DNA from: Tubulanus polymorphus
Taxonomy: Eukaryota; Animalia; Nemertea
DNA: 64,000 nt
Reading direction: 5' to 3'
NCBI RefSeq assembly: GCF_964204645.1
Contig: NC_134029.1
Coordinates: 9,698,850 to 9,762,849 of the forward strand
Shown: piece after piece, positions 13,247-25,915 of the stretch
Layout of the letters: each line of letters starts with the position of its first letter
Position numbering within the stretch: position 1 is the stretch's first letter
The notes under the pieces: model-generated
What the model saw: the letters and a program-made list of their open reading frames with translations, nothing else
What the model was told of the DNA's origin: nothing
Databases searched by the model: none
Position numbers and translations under genes: made by a program

Positions 13247-13259
13247 ATGGATCATATTG
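13247..13259 (+). CDS. Sacsin-like gene, putative coding exon 1 (MDHI + 1 nt)
   Basis: ATG GAT CAT ATT G|gtatgt donor. Phase 1 joins the next exon (G+AT = Asp) across a 109-bp GT-AG intron. The exon is very short, so another upstream exon cannot be excluded. Confidence 0.6.
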
Positions 13260-13368
13260 GTATGTTTGTAAATATCTATATTCTTTTAATCATCATCATT
13301 GAGATGATTAATGATCATTGAGACTGTTAAATTGAATTTAAATGTGACTGACACTATTGCTTTTAAAG

Positions 13369-13469
13369 ATGTTGACGACGATGATGAGTTTGGCATTAAA
13401 CAGCCAACCTTGGTTGAAAGCTTGAAACGTATTCTCGATGAATATCCCGATGACGGTCAAATCCTTAAG
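13369..13469 (+). CDS. Sacsin-like gene, exon 2 (start of sacsin repeat 1)
   Basis: ttttaaag| acceptor and AAG|gtcagt donor. Translates DVDDDDEFGIKQPTLVESLKRILDEYPDDGQILK, matching the FGQ..L...LK.IL..YP opening of sacsin repeats and paralleling repeats 2 and 3 in the large ORF. Confidence 0.9.
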
Positions 13470-14652
13470 GTCAGTAGGCCTTAAGAAATAAATATGTGAT
13501 AAAACCTAACCATTTGCCTACGGGCATTTTGGAACTATGAATCCGACGAATTTCTAGAATGGGCAGATTTATGTACGTAAATTTATGTACCGGTACCGTT
13601 CATCTGACCGGGTTCGTAGTGGGCCTTGACATCCTTGAATAACCTTTGTCAAAAGGAAATTCAAACATGTTGCGAATCTGTAAATTTATGAATGTTTCTA
13701 TTTTAATGATGGATATCTTGGTAAAAAAGTTTGACGATATTTAGGGGCCTAATGCATAGTATATTTATAAATCGTATTGATTTTCAATCCTGGTAGGCCT
13801 TATGTTGCATGGGTGGAAGGTATGAGTCATTGGGGAAAACCCGCTAATGTATGTTCATTATTGAAGCAGTTGTGTGTGATTCAGCATAGCGCTGTTCATG
13901 GAAATTGTGGACCATGGATCCCCTTCTGAAATTCCGCCAAAAACATCATGTTGACAAAAGTTGTGTTTTCATCAATCAGATTTAATTAAGAAAAAGAAAA
14001 CGATTTTTCTCTTGATATTTCTATCTTAATTTTTAATCTTATTTGCAAAAAGTGAGTTTTCTCCCTTCATTTGAATTCAACCCAATACCGCTTTCACTCT
14101 TATTTTTTCCGGTTTATTTCCTAGATTTAACACGGAAATACTCGAAGAAAAAGAAAACTATTTTCCTTCCATTTAAATAGATCTGATTATAAAAATTTAT
14201 GATTTATTGTGGAATTCAGTCAACTGGCTCAAAAATTAGCAAATTATGCTGTGTGGCTGTGAATTTGGCATAACATGCTCAGTGAATATCAGTGAATTCA
14301 GGTCATCAGTGGCACAATAAACCCTGTTAAAGCTGTTTGGATTCTTTTGGATGAAGCGGGGACATTGCCAAAAAAAGGTTTTTCTTTGTCAAAGGGGTAA
14401 AAGCCTTGAAGTGCTTCTCAAACGGCCTTGAATGGCCTTGAAATTTGGTTAGTCATGAGGCCATATGAACCCTGCGATGTGTTCGTTAAAACAGTGGCAC
14501 TAAAGCCCTAGATGATTATTGAAACTGATTGACTAGTGGACAAAATGCTGTGTGTATTTCACTAAAACAGCTATTCAATATGAAATACGGATTGGGTGAG
14601 ATTTGGAATTGAAAGTTAGAGAAACGAAATATTTAACCCTTTAATTTAGTTA

Positions 14653-15537
14653 GGCCATATAAAATAAATTACTTGATACTCCTCAGCGCCATCCCGAGTT
14701 AAGCGGCTGCCTGGAGTTTTTTTTAAATATTTCATATATAAAATATAAAACTTCTGCCTAGGATAACAAATCGATTGTGATAATATCCAAATGGTCTCTC
14801 ATTATTAGAAAATCAATAGTTCATACTTTGGCATGTGTCTAATCAAAATGGGGGGGGGGGGGGTTAAAACCAATTAGACAGTTATTCAGAGTGAAGTACA
14901 TGTATTAAATATTAACTATTTAATAGTTCACACATCCTCGCTTGCCAGGGGTCCGGTATCACTCCCGAACTCGCTTCCACCAGCCCCCTGGCCTCACGAA
15001 GCGTGATTTCATTACTGGCGCTGTTGCGCGTGACGTCATATATATCGATTTGCGAAATACTTCCTTGTTCGGTAAAACGTTCGCTGATTGGTCAATTTAA
15101 CGGGAAAACCAACAGAAGTCTACTGACGGTTTTTTACAAGCGCTGTGATTGGTATGACCGGATTCTGGTCGGCTAGTAACGACTCCAAAGACTCGTGAGG
15201 TCAAGGGGTTCGGGAAACAGCTTTAGCGTAGTGGGTTCGAATCCCTTGACGGGTGAAGATGTAGTTCACAGGGAACTATTAAAATTTTGAGATGCTCCCT
15301 TAAGAATTTTAGATTATTCCAGACATGTACGAGACAATACATGACAGATTTTTATCCTGTATTCTTTTAGTTTCAATGTTTTTTACCTATAATTGAACAT
15401 AACAAGACCTCAGAGGTCTTGCTAGTCTTCGTATATCATTAGAGCTTGCGGAATATTTTATATAAAATATAAACCTCCCTCCTTGATGATTTTTTTACAA
15501 CTTCTGATGAGAATCAAGTAATTTATTTTATATGGCC
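14653..15537. mobile_element. PIF/Harbinger-like MITE in sacsin intron 2
   Basis: 34-bp TIR GGCCATATAAAATAAATTACTTGAT.CTC.TCAG. Flanks are TTA and ATA (imperfect 3-bp TSD). Confidence 0.8.
14933..15261. mobile_element. Nested 329-bp MITE with 9-bp TSD (Mutator-like)
   Basis: TAGTTCACA is duplicated at 14924-14932 and 15262-15270. Termini are CATC...GATG with long degenerate inverted arms. Confidence 0.7.
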
Positions 15538-15736
15538 ATATAGCGCAATTTTAGCAAAAACCATGGGATGAAAATTAATGATTTAGCTTTGTTTTTAGGA
15601 TGGCATTGTTACACATATACAAGTATGGAAACTATTGTAGAGACTTTTCTTATTCTATAAGGGATCATATTTCATTATTTTCTTAATTCCTTGATGCCAT
15701 AATAACCATTTTTAAAATCTTTACTTTATTCATCAG

Positions 15737-15850
15737 GAGTTGATACAGAATGCTGAAGATGCCTCGGCGTCAACTATTCAGTTCTTGTATGATGAACAGT
15801 CGTATACAGAAGAAAATTTAAGATTCCCGGGTATGGCTGAGTTCAACCAG
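15737..15850 (+). CDS. Sacsin-like gene, exon 3 (GHKL N-box)
   Basis: catcag| acceptor and CAG|gtatat donor. Translates ELIQNAEDASASTIQFLYDEQSYTEENLRFPGMAEFNQ, phase 0 at both ends. Confidence 0.93.
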
Positions 15851-15883
15851 GTATATATACTTCTTTCTATGTAAAACTCAATT

Positions 15884-16475
15884 CTTATGTCCCCACAATG
15901 CGTTGTTGGGGGCATACAGTATTCACTTCGTCGTCAGTCCATTCGTCCGTCTGTCTGCAGTGGTTTCCGTGCCCTAGCACCTAAACCCCTAGGGTTTGGC
16001 GATGGGCTCGGATTTTACTTCCAGCTGGTTGATGATAAATTGTAGTTTTATATAGTAAAGCGTCGCGACCGTCTGATACAGATCCTTAACGACCAATTGT
16101 TTATCGGAACTTTATAGTGGATAAATAAACAATGTAAACACAAGGTATTTCCATGATATTTTGAATTTATTTGCAGTTCATATTTAGTGCCATTTTCGCA
16201 AGATTTATCAACAACCGGGAAGTAAAATCCAAGCCCATCGCCAAACCCCTGTGCCTAAACCCTTTGACAGATTTTCCTGGAATTCAACAATTATGTTGTG
16301 GAGGATTGATTAGTAACTGATTAGATTTTGGGTCCTGTAGGTCCAAGGAGTTATACAGAGTTATAGAGCCATTTTCGGATTTGTCTCCGAGGGGCGGCCC
16401 TGGGGGTTGGGCTTTTTTTTCCTCAATTTTCGGGGGCAGTCATCTTCAGCAGCATTCTAGGTTCGTAACAAATTG
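15884..16475 (+). repeat. Second HINE-like family copy, interrupted by a MITE
   Basis: 5' hairpin tatgtcccca..tgggggcata, then a GTCC/GTCT microsatellite, ending near ttctaggtt. Confidence 0.5.
15990..16251. mobile_element. MITE (hAT-like termini)
   Basis: Inverted repeats of ~45 bp: gggtttggcgatgggct.ggattttacttcc ... ggaagtaaaatccaagcccatcgccaaaccc. Confidence 0.75.
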
Positions 16476-18980
16476 CCTGCAATGGCAGATAATATACTAT
16501 CAAAATGAAAAATCTAATTCACCCATCAAACTTTCTACCTGTCAAAATTTGAGCGTCTGTCACGTTAATCAATTATTGTGTTTGCCAACCAATATGGAAT
16601 CGGTCACGGTGAAAAAGCACATGGCTGCAAGACCTTAGGAGCGGATTAAAGGGGTGTTCTCGGGAGTTAAGATCTGCCTTCCCATTGAAGTTGCCCTTTA
16701 CATAAAGACAGTGATATAGTTTAAACCTGCAAATTTGACACTCATCCTTGTCTGAATTCTCATCTTTTAGGATGTAATTCTTTAATGAATAACAACTGGG
16801 ACCCAGCTCGGCCTTTAACAGGAAAAAAAATTATAGGCCAGTTTAATCCTTTGCTGCCTGAGCCTAATTCGACCAGTAAAACTGCTAATCAGCCTGAGCA
16901 TTGCTATTGTTTTTATGAATGACAAAGACAGTCGATAGTGAAAGTGCTACTACTTTTTGGTTTACCTTTGGTAGCGATATTGGAGTTGGCATTGAGTCAA
17001 TTTTGTAAAAGCGGTACGCGTTTTGAGCATTATTTTGTTCCATTGATTCTTGGCCTAAACGACTAATATTTGTTGCGATTGATGACATGGCAAACCTTTG
17101 TCCATAAAATTCTCAGAAAAAAATTTTTTGGTGGGAAAATTCTTAGCTTTTGCATATAGAATTGCAATGACCTTGATTCTAGGAGCCAATGTGAATGGCT
17201 ATTTTTGGGATATACGGGAAATTCTGGGGCTTCTGAAGTAATGGTAAAACCATATCAGAACTATGGAAAAGCCTCTCCAAAAACAAAGTGGCGATCATTT
17301 CATTCGTCTAGCTACTGTATGTGGTTCGCTTGTAATTTGGATGTTGTTATGAATATAATCGAGTAGGCTATTTAACTAAGTATCCGAAATAGTACATATG
17401 GCAATGTCAATATAGAGTCCTGGCTTAGAATTGTCTTGTTAATGTCTTAACCCAAATACCTTTGTTTATGGTTTCCGACTGACCCCGTCAAAAAGGTACT
17501 GACCGAAATTTTTTTTGGAATTAATGGAAGATGAAATAGTGAAGAATAAATTTCGACTGTTTCAGCTTGCGAGAATTTGATAAAATATATTTCACATATA
17601 AATCAACCGTCCGTATTGCTTCATTGAATAGTTTGTTTTGATTGCCTTTTCTATATTCGATCACGTGCACTCGAGTGCTGAACTCACACTCACACATATT
17701 CTATATGTATTATGGTGATACGAAGTGTAATAGACACTAACCGGTGTTGTCATATCGCAGAATTTGTTTATAAACACGGAATTTCTTCACTCTCACTATA
17801 AATGATAATCGGATTTGCCCGCGGGGATACCCGGTGTCGGACAAGGCACCGGACCATTCGATACACCAAGTTAGCTTCGAATCACACTGTTAGCACGTAA
17901 TTTTATCTGATATCATTGTATTATACTTTTCACTGGCTGCCAGTTACCAGGTGCAGCAGCAGTCAGAATGTAGTCGGACAAAGAGATCGACACCAGGTCA
18001 AACAACGGTTAGCTCTAGCGCGCCTATGAATGCATTGTTTCAAGTGGTGTTTGAAAGTTTTTAACTTAGGTCATCATTTAAACTATTATGGCGAAGATGA
18101 CCATTGCGTTTTCTGTTTGGTAGAATTTGTAATAAATTTAAATTTCTAGTGACCTGAAAATACTAAGCTGCAAACTACAAACTATTGTTCCGCTTGGCAT
18201 ATTTGTCTAGGTCAACATTTTAGTGGAAAAATCCTTGGTTTAAAACGATCACTTAAACATTTAACGGTAGGCCTACCAGTATTTTAGCATCCTGCGCCTC
18301 TACAGATGCCCTGGAAGAGGTTGCTATAAGACTTTCAACATTCAGCCAACCTCACCTGATTGGTGATATCTAAATATTTTTCATATTGTGAAAAATGTTT
18401 TATTCAAAATGTAAAATAGTTTCCCTACCCTACCAAATTATAGACATGGACCCTAAACAAATGTATATTTATGGCCTCATTTGACTACAGAATAATTCGC
18501 TGAAAAAGACTATATACAATATAAAATAAACCTTTCAACTCAAGAATTAAAAAGATATTAAACAAGTTCCAGTTTTCAAGGTAAACAACTTCGCCCATGG
18601 GCAATTTATTGATTGTTGGTACTCATATTAGACCAAGTACCAAGTATCAAATTTAAGGTACATTCTAGCAGAATTAACTACTGTCAAAAATTATCCAGTA
18701 ATGTAGGCAGCGGGACAATTTCAAGCACCCACCCCAAAATTTTGGGGAAACTTTGTGAAATTCTGAAAATGGAACTTTTTCTTATTGAAAAATATCTTGC
18801 CCTTATCAGAACAATCAGTTGCAGGTGATCAAATGGACTGGTTTCTGGCTAGATATAGAAAAATCAAGGCAAACGATTAAAATGGAAAAAAAGTTATAAC
18901 TTTTTCTCAAGATCCAGATTTCAACATTTTGCATGGACTGAAATGTCAGAAAATCAAAATTGAAGTTACCAACAAGTTAG

Positions 18981-19700
18981 TTTTTAGCCCCTTAGAGACT
19001 TTAGTCCCAGCGGGCTATTGCCTTCACTTTTCGTCCGTCCGTAGACAGAATCCAGTTATTTTGGGAAGTTTTGAAGACGCTTCAATGTAATGTCTTGATT
19101 GGGTTACACATGTTTCTACCTTAGACACACCTTCAGCCCAAAAACTGGCCCTGTCAGAATCAAGATGGCCGACTGGCAGCCATTGTTGTTCACCAAAATC
19201 AGCACTTTTTATACATTTTTGAGGGAAATTTTGAAGACACTTTGATCAATTACCTTGATCTTTCATTTTGGTGAGTTTCAAGAACATTATTTATTCTATA
19301 TGGTCACCAGGAGGGCGTTGAATAGTAGAACAACATAGTATTTCCTTATTAGATTGGTACCTAGGCATATTTTGTTACCATGATCAATTGCAAAGTTGTT
19401 GTTCATGACATGTTCTATGATTGTGGAGAGTTTCAAGGTCATTGGGTTTTGCATATGGTCACCAGGGGGCGTTGAATAGTAAAGTAACTTAGTATTTCCA
19501 TATTAAATTGGTAATGAGGCATGTTTTGTTATCACAATCGATTAAAAAATCCAAGCTGCTGACATGTTCTATGATTGTGGTGGGTTTCAAGGTCATTGGT
19601 TTTTGTATATGGTCACCAGGGGGCGTTGAATATTAAAATAGATTGGTGAGCATTTCAAACCACATCCCAAGTGGGCATGGTTTCCCTGGACCCCTAGTTT
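18981..19700 (+). repeat. HINE-like repeat copy
   Basis: tttttagccc..cccagcgggctattg, gtccgtcc, about three 150-bp-class subrepeats, and a 3' end ccctggacccCTAGttt. Confidence 0.8.
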
Positions 19701-21134
19701 AAATTTGTGCTCATAATAGATGTTGACTATAACAACTTATTATGTTCATTAGTGTACTCTCCTTCTTTCTGATCTCCTTTCCCATCTTTTTGTGGCTCGT
19801 CATAAAGGTAAAAAAAACTAAAATTATATCATCCTGATTATCACTAACACTTCCTGGGGATGAAGGTAAATCAAGGTCACTGTCAGTGTAAATAATTTCC
19901 TTTCTGTACTAGGCCTAAAGCAAAATGTAAATGAAAATTAATTCCCCAAAATCAAAACAGGCAATCTAAGGCACTGTCCTTTGCTCAGAAGGGAACTATT
20001 CCAAATGAGATGAAATTGTTGCTCTAACAGTTTTATCGACAAGGGGCAAATTTTGCCAAAAATCTAAAAAAATGCACGAGCAAATTGAATGTGAAGGCAA
20101 ATTTAGTGGCATATATGCCACACAAATTTGGAGCAAATCTAGTAAAAAGGCAGGCTAAGGTCAGTTTTAACTTAGAATCCACCTTTTTGACATATCTCCT
20201 CTATCTTTTATCTGCTTCACGACTATGTCAGTCGCTGGGCATGGATACTGGCCTTTTTCAAAGTTGGTGCCCTTTTGTGGTTTACCTTTGTCAGCGATAT
20301 GATGTTGGCATTGAGCCAATTCATTTAAAATCGCGGTATGTTTTTTTATGTGAGCATTTGTTTCATTTGTTCTCGGCTTAAACGACGTATAATCGATGCG
20401 ATTGAAGACATGGCGAACCTCCGTCGATGACATGGTCAACTTAGTTAGAATTCTACGAAAAACTGTTTTTGGCGGGAAAATTCTTAGCTCTCGCGTATAA
20501 AATTGCAATGACCTCGATTGGGGGGCGTCGTCTCTACGAGGGAATGGGATTGGCTGTTTTTGGGATATATGGGGAATTCCGCCGCTACTAAAATAATTAT
20601 GGGAAAGCCATAAAATGGCGTACGTTTCATTGGACTAGGTGCCGTATATGTGCGAATTTCCAATGCTCATTGCTGGTGAGGATGTAATTATTTCACACAT
20701 CCGCCATAGGTATTGTTTCATTTTAATACCCGGTGATTGTTTTGATTGACATTGAAGTGTAAGCGAACATTCACTTACACGAGGCCTCCACGTGCGCGCA
20801 GAGTGCTACACGACACACACTCAAGCTTGTACAGTACACTACTAAAGGTGATGCTGTAACGCGTGCACGTTTGACATGAAAATAGGCTGAATAATCGTAG
20901 CAGAAGATGAGCACTGTGTTTTCTGTTAGATAGAATTTGCAATAAATTGTAATTTCTTGTGACCTGAAAATATTAAGCAACAAACTACAAGTATAGGTCG
21001 AGGTCTGAATATTGTAGGCATAGTCGTAAATTCCAGGATTTAAAACGATCTAATAGCCGATTTCTTCTGTACCGGTATTTTAACTTCCGCGGCCATTATT
21101 GGAAGAGGTTTGCAAGACCCAATATTCAGCCACC

Positions 21135-23289
21135 TGTCACCCTGATATAATTTGCATATTTCATAATCATATAGACCTACAATGTCATATCGAACAGTTC
21201 ATAACATTTCATAGCTCTACTACATATTATTAATAATAATAATAATAATGATATAATATAACTTATGACTATAGTGTCAATATGTGCTTTAAGGTCGTAA
21301 TCAACATGTGACATTACTCAACATGTTTTCACGATAATTAGCTATAGTCAGTGCTCATCGATAATTAATTAATGTCTCTCAAACATGTCACTAGGTGTTT
21401 GTGAGTCCTGATGTCTACAACTTGTCTGACACCTAGTTCTCACATTATACTCACGATTCTGTATATAAAGACTATGTAAAGCTATGATAATCATTCTCAT
21501 TCCGGGATGCAATAAAGATTGTACATATAAGGTTTAACTGCCTTGTTCCTGATGGATGGAATCCTGTACCGCTGGTGTAAATGCTAGTCACCCAGCCAGC
21601 CTGCCGATACAACAACCAGCGGGTTACAGATGGTGGAGAACCCAAATTTAAGTCCTTGTGACTTACACAAGTACAGATGAAGCTGTTAAACTATTGGTTG
21701 TGACTGGAACGTTGACCTCACGAGAAGATCGTATTCAACTACACCTGTGACGAGATGGCTGTACTGATCGTGAACATTGCTGCTGTTTCAGTGGATACAA
21801 TGCATTACGGTAACTTTTTGTCAGCCGAAGGTAATACAGTTGCTTCTTTGTCTCGAATTAGTGGTCAGATGAACATGATAGAAAATTATAGGAATTTGGA
21901 TATAAGATACTACCGTACGATCAAAAAAGTTATCGCCGGTTTAAATAGTATGATTCACAATTCTTTTTTTTCTAGGCATCTAGTTCCAATCAGCATAAAT
22001 CAATTTTAGTTTCATTTCGTACTATAAGTATTAGAATACGGAACACTTCTCAGGGGATATGTCTAAGGTTAATTAGTCAAATACATCTACTTACAGGACA
22101 GTGCGTATCTATACTTTTTTCGCAACAAACTATTTCGACTATACTAAAGGTTTAATCGGCAATTTTCATTTTCATAGGTTCATATTTTTTGTTTGTTTGT
22201 ATAACTAAAACATGAAGATGAATTGGTTGAATTTTTATGTGGACAAATATATAATCTCAGTTACACCTGGCCACTTATTTTGGATGATGATAATTTTTTC
22301 CTTTTGGTTGACAAGGGTAACTGTATTTGTGTTGTGTCATTGCCTGAACTCTGCTCTGATGTCAAATGTTGCATGTTACTATCATTGAATCACGAAGTTA
22401 TTTCCAGTCAGTAATCGAAAGATCTTCAAAACAGAGAAATGCGTACTACTTGCAACTTGCATCACCAACTGATCTTCGGGACGCTATAACTACACAACAC
22501 GTCGCTACTTCTGTTCGTCGCAGAACCAACCAGAATTCGGGGATCCTCTGCAGATCATTCAAAATCTCGGTTAACGTATTATCGCATCGTCCATAAATAA
22601 CTACAACATGTGACTCTTTCGTGAATGACTGAGAATCCGGCCATTACTGTCCAGCGTTTGCACATTTTTGCGCGGTGAAAGTCAATCTTTCATGTTTTCG
22701 CGATGGAAGGAGTTTTGATGAACTTATAGTATCTACGTTTTCCGCAAATTTGGAGGACCAAATTTAATTGGACAAGGGGGCATCTGTCACCCTGATATAA
22801 TTTGCATATTTAATAATCATATAGATCTACAATGTCATATCGAACAGTTCATAACATTTCATAGCTCTACTACATAATAATAATAATAATAATAATGATA
22901 ATAATGATAATATAACTTATGACTATAGTGTCAATATGTGCTTTAAGGTCGTAATCAACATGTGACATTACTCAACATGTTTTCACGATAATTAGCTATA
23001 GTCAGTGCTCATCGATAATTAATTAATGTCTCTCAAACATGTCACTAGGTGTTTGTTTGTGAGTCCTGATGTCTACAACTTGTCTGACACCTAGTTCTCA
23101 CATTATACTCATGATTCTGTATATAAAGACTATGTAAAGCTATGATAATCATTCTCATTCCGGGATGCAATAAAGATTGTACATATAAGGTTTAACTGCC
23201 TTGTTGTTCCTGATGGATGGAATCCTGTACCGCTGGTGTAAATACTAGTCACCCAGCCAGCCTGCCGATACAACAACCAGCCGGTTACA
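21135..23289 (+). mobile_element. Non-autonomous LTR retrotransposon (Gypsy-like cis signals), 2155 bp, in sacsin intron 3
   Basis: Near-identical TG...CA LTRs at 21135-21628 and 22785-23289. TSD CACC at 21131-21134 and 23290-23293. PBS TGGTGGAGA at 21631 and PPT ggacaaggggg just before the 3' LTR. Each LTR has TATA and AATAAA. No recognisable gag/pol. Confidence 0.92.
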
Positions 23290-24028
23290 CACCCTCTGAT
23301 ATGTGACATCATATGAATTTTAGTGCGCATATAGGCCTATTCAATGTACTGTTTCATTTTTAAAACAGAGATGACGCTCTGGACGAAGTTATAATTTTAG
23401 AATAATTCTCGAAATCTACGCTATTAGACAAATTTCCGGTGCACAACGTAGATGATTTTTGCGATATTGTTTCCATGTAAAAAAAGGTGATAAATTTGGT
23501 TTTTTTTTTTGCCCAAAAATTTTGCAAAAAAAATTTCTACCTACCTACGGACTCATCCTGAAAATTTGAGTCGGTGTTACGGCAAACAGACAATTATTTT
23601 GGGATGGCCTTATTTGAATATATTTTTCATATTTTGAAACATATTTTTTTTAAAATATAAAATAGTTTCCCTGCCTTGCCTACCTGTACCCTACAAAATT
23701 TTGGACGTGGACCGTAACCAAATGTATATCTTTGGTCTTATTTGACTACAAAATAATTCTTTAAGAAAGATAGAATATAATATAAACTTTTGGAACTTTG
23801 AAGTGACAAATTAAAAAGATTTTTCAAGCAATGCCCTTGTTCCTAACAACCTCTAGCTTTCAAGGTAAACCACACTTTGCCCATGGGCAATTTATTTCAC
23901 TATGCTGTAGTCATTGAATGGCCCTGGATCCGTGCTTATCATTTCCGCCGTTATTTTGATAGGAATAGTCACCTGCCCCTTCAGATTTTCAGAGCCCTTA
24001 TGACTATTGTCGCTTGGACTCCATTTAA

Positions 24029-24428
24029 GGCCTTTTTTCAATAACTTGGTTCACGGAGTAGAGCTATTAAAATATCATTTCGGAGGAGGAAAAAAAATTT
24101 AAAAAAAATCCCTCGGTGAGATAAAATCACTTTTTGAAGGAAGAGGGAACTGTTGATAGGGCAATATACATATGTCCAAACAAATGATTCTTGGAAAGTT
24201 CGAATTCTGCACTCTGTGATCATAAAAGAACCTTGCGTTTTTCAATTTTTTCATCATTTAAGCCAGGATTTTCATTTGGTGGAGGTGAAAAACTTTTTTT
24301 GCTCGTTTTTCCACTGAATTTGTTCCACAGACGGGAATCAAAATAATGAAAAAATTTTGTTTTATTTGAATTTTCTTCAAATTTCGGGAGGCGGGTCCCG
24401 TAAACCATGCTATTAAGAAAAAAAGGCC
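24029..24428. mobile_element. PIF/Harbinger-like MITE (400 bp)
   Basis: TIR GGCCTTTTTT..AATA.C.TGGTT.ACGG with a perfect TAA TSD at 24026-24028 and 24429-24431. Confidence 0.8.
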
Positions 24429-25767
24429 TAAACACGCTAAAAAGATTTTTTTCACGCACGATTCATTGTTTCGACATTCAGTTCTGTATTAGTTCTCTTT
24501 TTAACCACTGATGACATCACTAGCTGGTTCGTAATTTTTTCAGTTCCACCTTAGATTTGCGGGCACTGATCAGTGTCTGGGGCCTTTTTACCACACTTAG
24601 GGCGAGGCGCCTGTAGGCACCAAAGGGTTAGATAATGGGCTTGCTGCTATAGTGCATCTACATGGCAATGCAGTGTATCATTAGATACTAATATTTCACC
24701 ATGTTGACAGGTATACTGCCATTTTTCAATGGTGATGAAAATTGATTACTAATAAAATCTGCGCAGCAAAGTCCATCATCGATTTATACATTGCACTGAA
24801 ATGGTTTAGAGAAATTAACTGTATCAAGTCTGTTCGTACAATTATCGCAATTTGGATATCCGGCCTAGCACATTGCTGACATTGTAGCGTAGCTGTAATT
24901 GTAAAAGCGTCTACATGTAATTTTAGTCTATTTAGAGACACTTCTTCGCTATGACTGAATTTAGAATCATAGCTGTCGTGATGGTAGCAACTTTAAATGA
25001 TTGTTTATTGACTCTAGATTTACAAATTGAAAAGTTTTGAATAGAGCACATGTCTGTAATAGTGATCTATGATATTTATCTATGATAGCCATTTAGTTTT
25101 GACAGTTTATCAATGACTGAGCATTTTATGCTTAAAATATGATAGATAGATGAAGATAAATTCTTTGTTAACATGACGTGTCTATACAATATTAATTTGT
25201 CATTATATATTTTGGATAGAAAAATTTTGATACTCGGCCCGCTGGTCCAATAAGTCACCTGCAAGTTTACATTTGGTCACCTTCTACAAAAAAGAAAGAA
25301 GTATGTTAGAACAAATAAATATATAACAGTTTTTATCGAATTTACTTTACATATAGTATCTTCTTCCGTTTTTCAAAAAATTTGATGTATGTGATTTGCA
25401 AATTGCTGAGGAGAATTTGACAATGATTTTTCAATATTGGGTAAGCATTTAAGTTGGGGTGTGGTTTCTAAAACAGTAAATGGTGGATAGTAATAGTAAT
25501 AGTAAATATTATGTTTTGACACTTGATGTATGAATTCAATGCCTTAGTGTTGAACGGCAAAATATGATAATTTGATAATATGAAACTTTGACAGGTAAAA
25601 TATCAAAACTTGACGGGTAAATTCAATGTTTCATTTTGACAGTACTGGTATATCTATACCATAGAGATAAGGCTGTTTTACAGTTGACCTGAATGATTTG
25701 TTTGATTATAAATAGAACATATTTTTAAAAAATTTTTCACTTGCTGGTATTTTGTATTGTTTTAAAG

Positions 25768-25915
25768 AATCCTTCCCTGGTCATATATAACGATGGTATT
25801 TTCACTCAAAGAGACTGGAACACAATTGGAAATCTTGGTATCAGCAAAAAGAAGGAGGACCCAATAAAAGTAGGCAAATTCGGATTGGGATTCAAATCAG
25901 TGTTCCACATTACTG
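25768..25915 (+). CDS. Sacsin-like gene, exon 4 (GHKL G-boxes)
   Basis: tttaaag| acceptor and G|gtaagt donor. Translates NPSLVIYNDGIFTQRDWNTIGNLGISKKKEDPIKVGKFGLGFKSVFHIT. Confidence 0.93.

Noticed and set aside
15200-15260. tRNA gene suggested by GGTTCGAATCCC
   Set aside because: No cloverleaf can be built, and it lies within a MITE arm.
20167-20508. 113-aa minus-strand ORF in intron 3
   Set aside because: It lies in the duplicated intronic block, the other copy does not keep the frame, and no domain is recognisable.
21135-23289. LTR element as a retrozyme
   Set aside because: I found no intact CTGANGA...GAAA hammerhead core in the LTRs by eye; only CTGATGT and CTGATGG occur.
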